This document shows positions 14,168 to 15,303 of a DNA stretch of 15,303 bases, piece after piece. The notes under the pieces were generated by a model. The model saw only the letters and a program-made list of their open reading frames with translations, had not been told where the DNA came from and did not search any database. Source of the DNA: Oscillospiraceae bacterium (GTDB lineage Bacteria > Bacillota > Clostridia > Oscillospirales > Oscillospiraceae); NCBI GenBank assembly GCA_963642815.1, contig CAVIIB010000011.1:6621-21923 (forward strand), given 5' to 3'. Positions within the stretch are counted from its first letter, which is position 1. Each line of letters opens with the position of its first letter. The translations under genes and the position numbers were made by a program.

Positions 14168-14199
14168 GGTAAAAAATAGAGCAAGAGAGGAGGGAGCTC

Positions 14200-15303
14200 G
14201 TGGGAAAATGCAGCACCGATACCTGCTGCTTGACCTTGCCGTTGAAGCTGGAAAAGTGGCAGGAGGATCGCCTTGCCAAGCGTTTTGAAATTGCGCGGCA
14301 GCTCTACAACACGCTGGTTCATGCAGGGATGAAAAAGCTCGAAACGACGAAACGCTCCGCCGAATATCGAGAAAACGAAAAGCAAATCCAAGCGCTGGAT
14401 TGGAACGACCCGAAGGATAAGGCAGAATTGAAGAAGCTATACAAAAAACGGGATTCACTCTTAAAGGCCGCTGGCTTTACCGAATTTGGCTTTAAATCGG
14501 AAATGCAGCGTCATTACAAGCATTTTGATGATAACATTGCTTCTAATGTTGCCGACCATGGAATCGCACCTCAGGTTTGGGCGGCTTTTAATAAAATGCT
14601 GTTCAGCGGAGACGGAAAGAAAGTCCATTATAAGCAACGCGGTGATATTTGTTCTCTGCGAGGCTACTCAAAGTCGAAGGGGGGGAGTGGCGGTGTCGAA
14701 ATAAGATACAAGGGAACATATATTTTGTGGAAAGGGCTGAAGCTGCCACTGAAGTTATCCCCAAACAATCCGTATGAGACCGAAATGCTCCGCTATCGCG
14801 TGAAATACGTTCGCTTGCTCCGCAGACCCGGAAAGAAAAAGGATCGCTGGTATGCCCAGCTTGCCTTGGAGGGAAAGCCCGTGGTCAAACGAGATCCCGC
14901 TACGGGAGAGGCTACACACCCCATCGGCCACGGTGATGTCGGGCTTGACATCGGGCCGCAAACGCTTGCGTATTCCGCACCCGGCGAGACCGGCCTCGTG
15001 GAGCTTGCCGATCAGGTGCAGAACATCGAGCAGGAAAAGCGCCGACTTCAAAGAAAACTGGACAGAAGCCGACGCGCCATGAATCCGAGCAACTACGCGG
15101 AGGATGGTACGATCCGGCGTGGTGTCAAGCTGACCCACAACAAATCCAAACGATACCAAAAACTGCAACAGGAGCTATGATACATTCAGCACGTCCAATC
15201 GGAGACGCGAAAACGCCAGCACATCCAGCTAGCCAACCACCTACTCTCGCTGGGAGACCACTTTTATGTGGAAAAGATGGAATGGTCGTCCCTCGCGCAC
15301 AGG
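14200..15303 (+). pseudogene. tnpB: TnpB (IS200/IS605-family OrfB, RNA-guided endonuclease family) interrupted by an in-frame TGA at 15178-15180; 3' end beyond the window
   Basis: The N-terminus, LTLPLKLEKWQEDRLAKRFEIARQLYNTLV, fits the TnpB/OrfB N-terminal pattern. The RuvC-I motif VGLDIGPQ is present (Asp codon 14947-14949). After the TGA the same frame stays open for 41 codons to the window end and encodes ...RKRQHIQLANHLLSLGDHFYVEKMEW, the expected RuvC-II glutamate region. No Y1 (tnpA) gene is present upstream. Confidence 0.8.

Larger units (their letters stand above)
14091..15303 (+). mobile_element. IS200/IS605-family (stand-alone TnpB, IS1341-like) element, left part only; left boundary approximate
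   Basis: The region carries the tnpB gene with its own promoter and is visibly AT-richer than the flanks. A small subterminal hairpin, CTGTAA-N6-TTACAG (14104-14121), lies between the asparaginase -35 box (ends 14090) and the tnpB -35 box (starts 14139). The right end, and any omega-RNA region, lies outside the window. Confidence 0.55.

Noticed and set aside
15178-15180. TGA in tnpB as a recoded codon (selenocysteine, or TGA=Trp/Gly genetic code)
   Set aside because: TGA functions as an ordinary stop for several well-defined genes in the same window (rimM 3183-3185, trmD-GNAT 4449-4451, the Fe-S protein 5677-5679, the asparaginase 13040-13042). No SECIS-like hairpin is evident directly downstream. 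A nonsense mutation or a sequencing error is more parsimonious.

Overview
High-GC, Firmicutes/Clostridia-like chromosomal window; the taxon is inferred from gene order and RBS style only. Left third: the conserved ylxM-ffh-rpsP-KH(khpA/ylqC)-rimM-trmD ribosome/SRP operon. It has two departures from the usual layout. TrmD carries an in-frame C-terminal GNAT acetyltransferase domain (421 aa in total), and rplS is not downstream; a hairpin and a TRIC/UPF0126 membrane protein follow instead. Middle: a translationally coupled minus-strand pair (a 4Fe-4S dicluster protein plus a 168-aa Cys-motif protein). Next to it is a monocistronic 798-aa secreted Thr/Asn/Gly-rich protein with a consensus promoter, a strong RBS, an intrinsic terminator and a (SGEA)4 tail encoded by a perfect 12-bp x4 tandem repeat. 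Right half: a divergent LysR regulator / PutP-type Na+:proline symporter pair, then a roughly 300-nt non-coding tract holding three copies of a hairpin-bearing repeat in mixed orientation. After that come an acyltransferase-3 membrane protein, a type I L-asparaginase, and at the right edge an AT-richer IS200/IS605-type element. That element has a stand-alone TnpB (RNA-guided nuclease family) gene interrupted by an in-frame TGA and runs off the window. No rRNA, tRNA or CRISPR array was seen. Several long ORFs in the track are antisense shadows of real genes, typical of high-GC DNA. All family calls rest on motifs read by eye and remembered family features; no searches were run.
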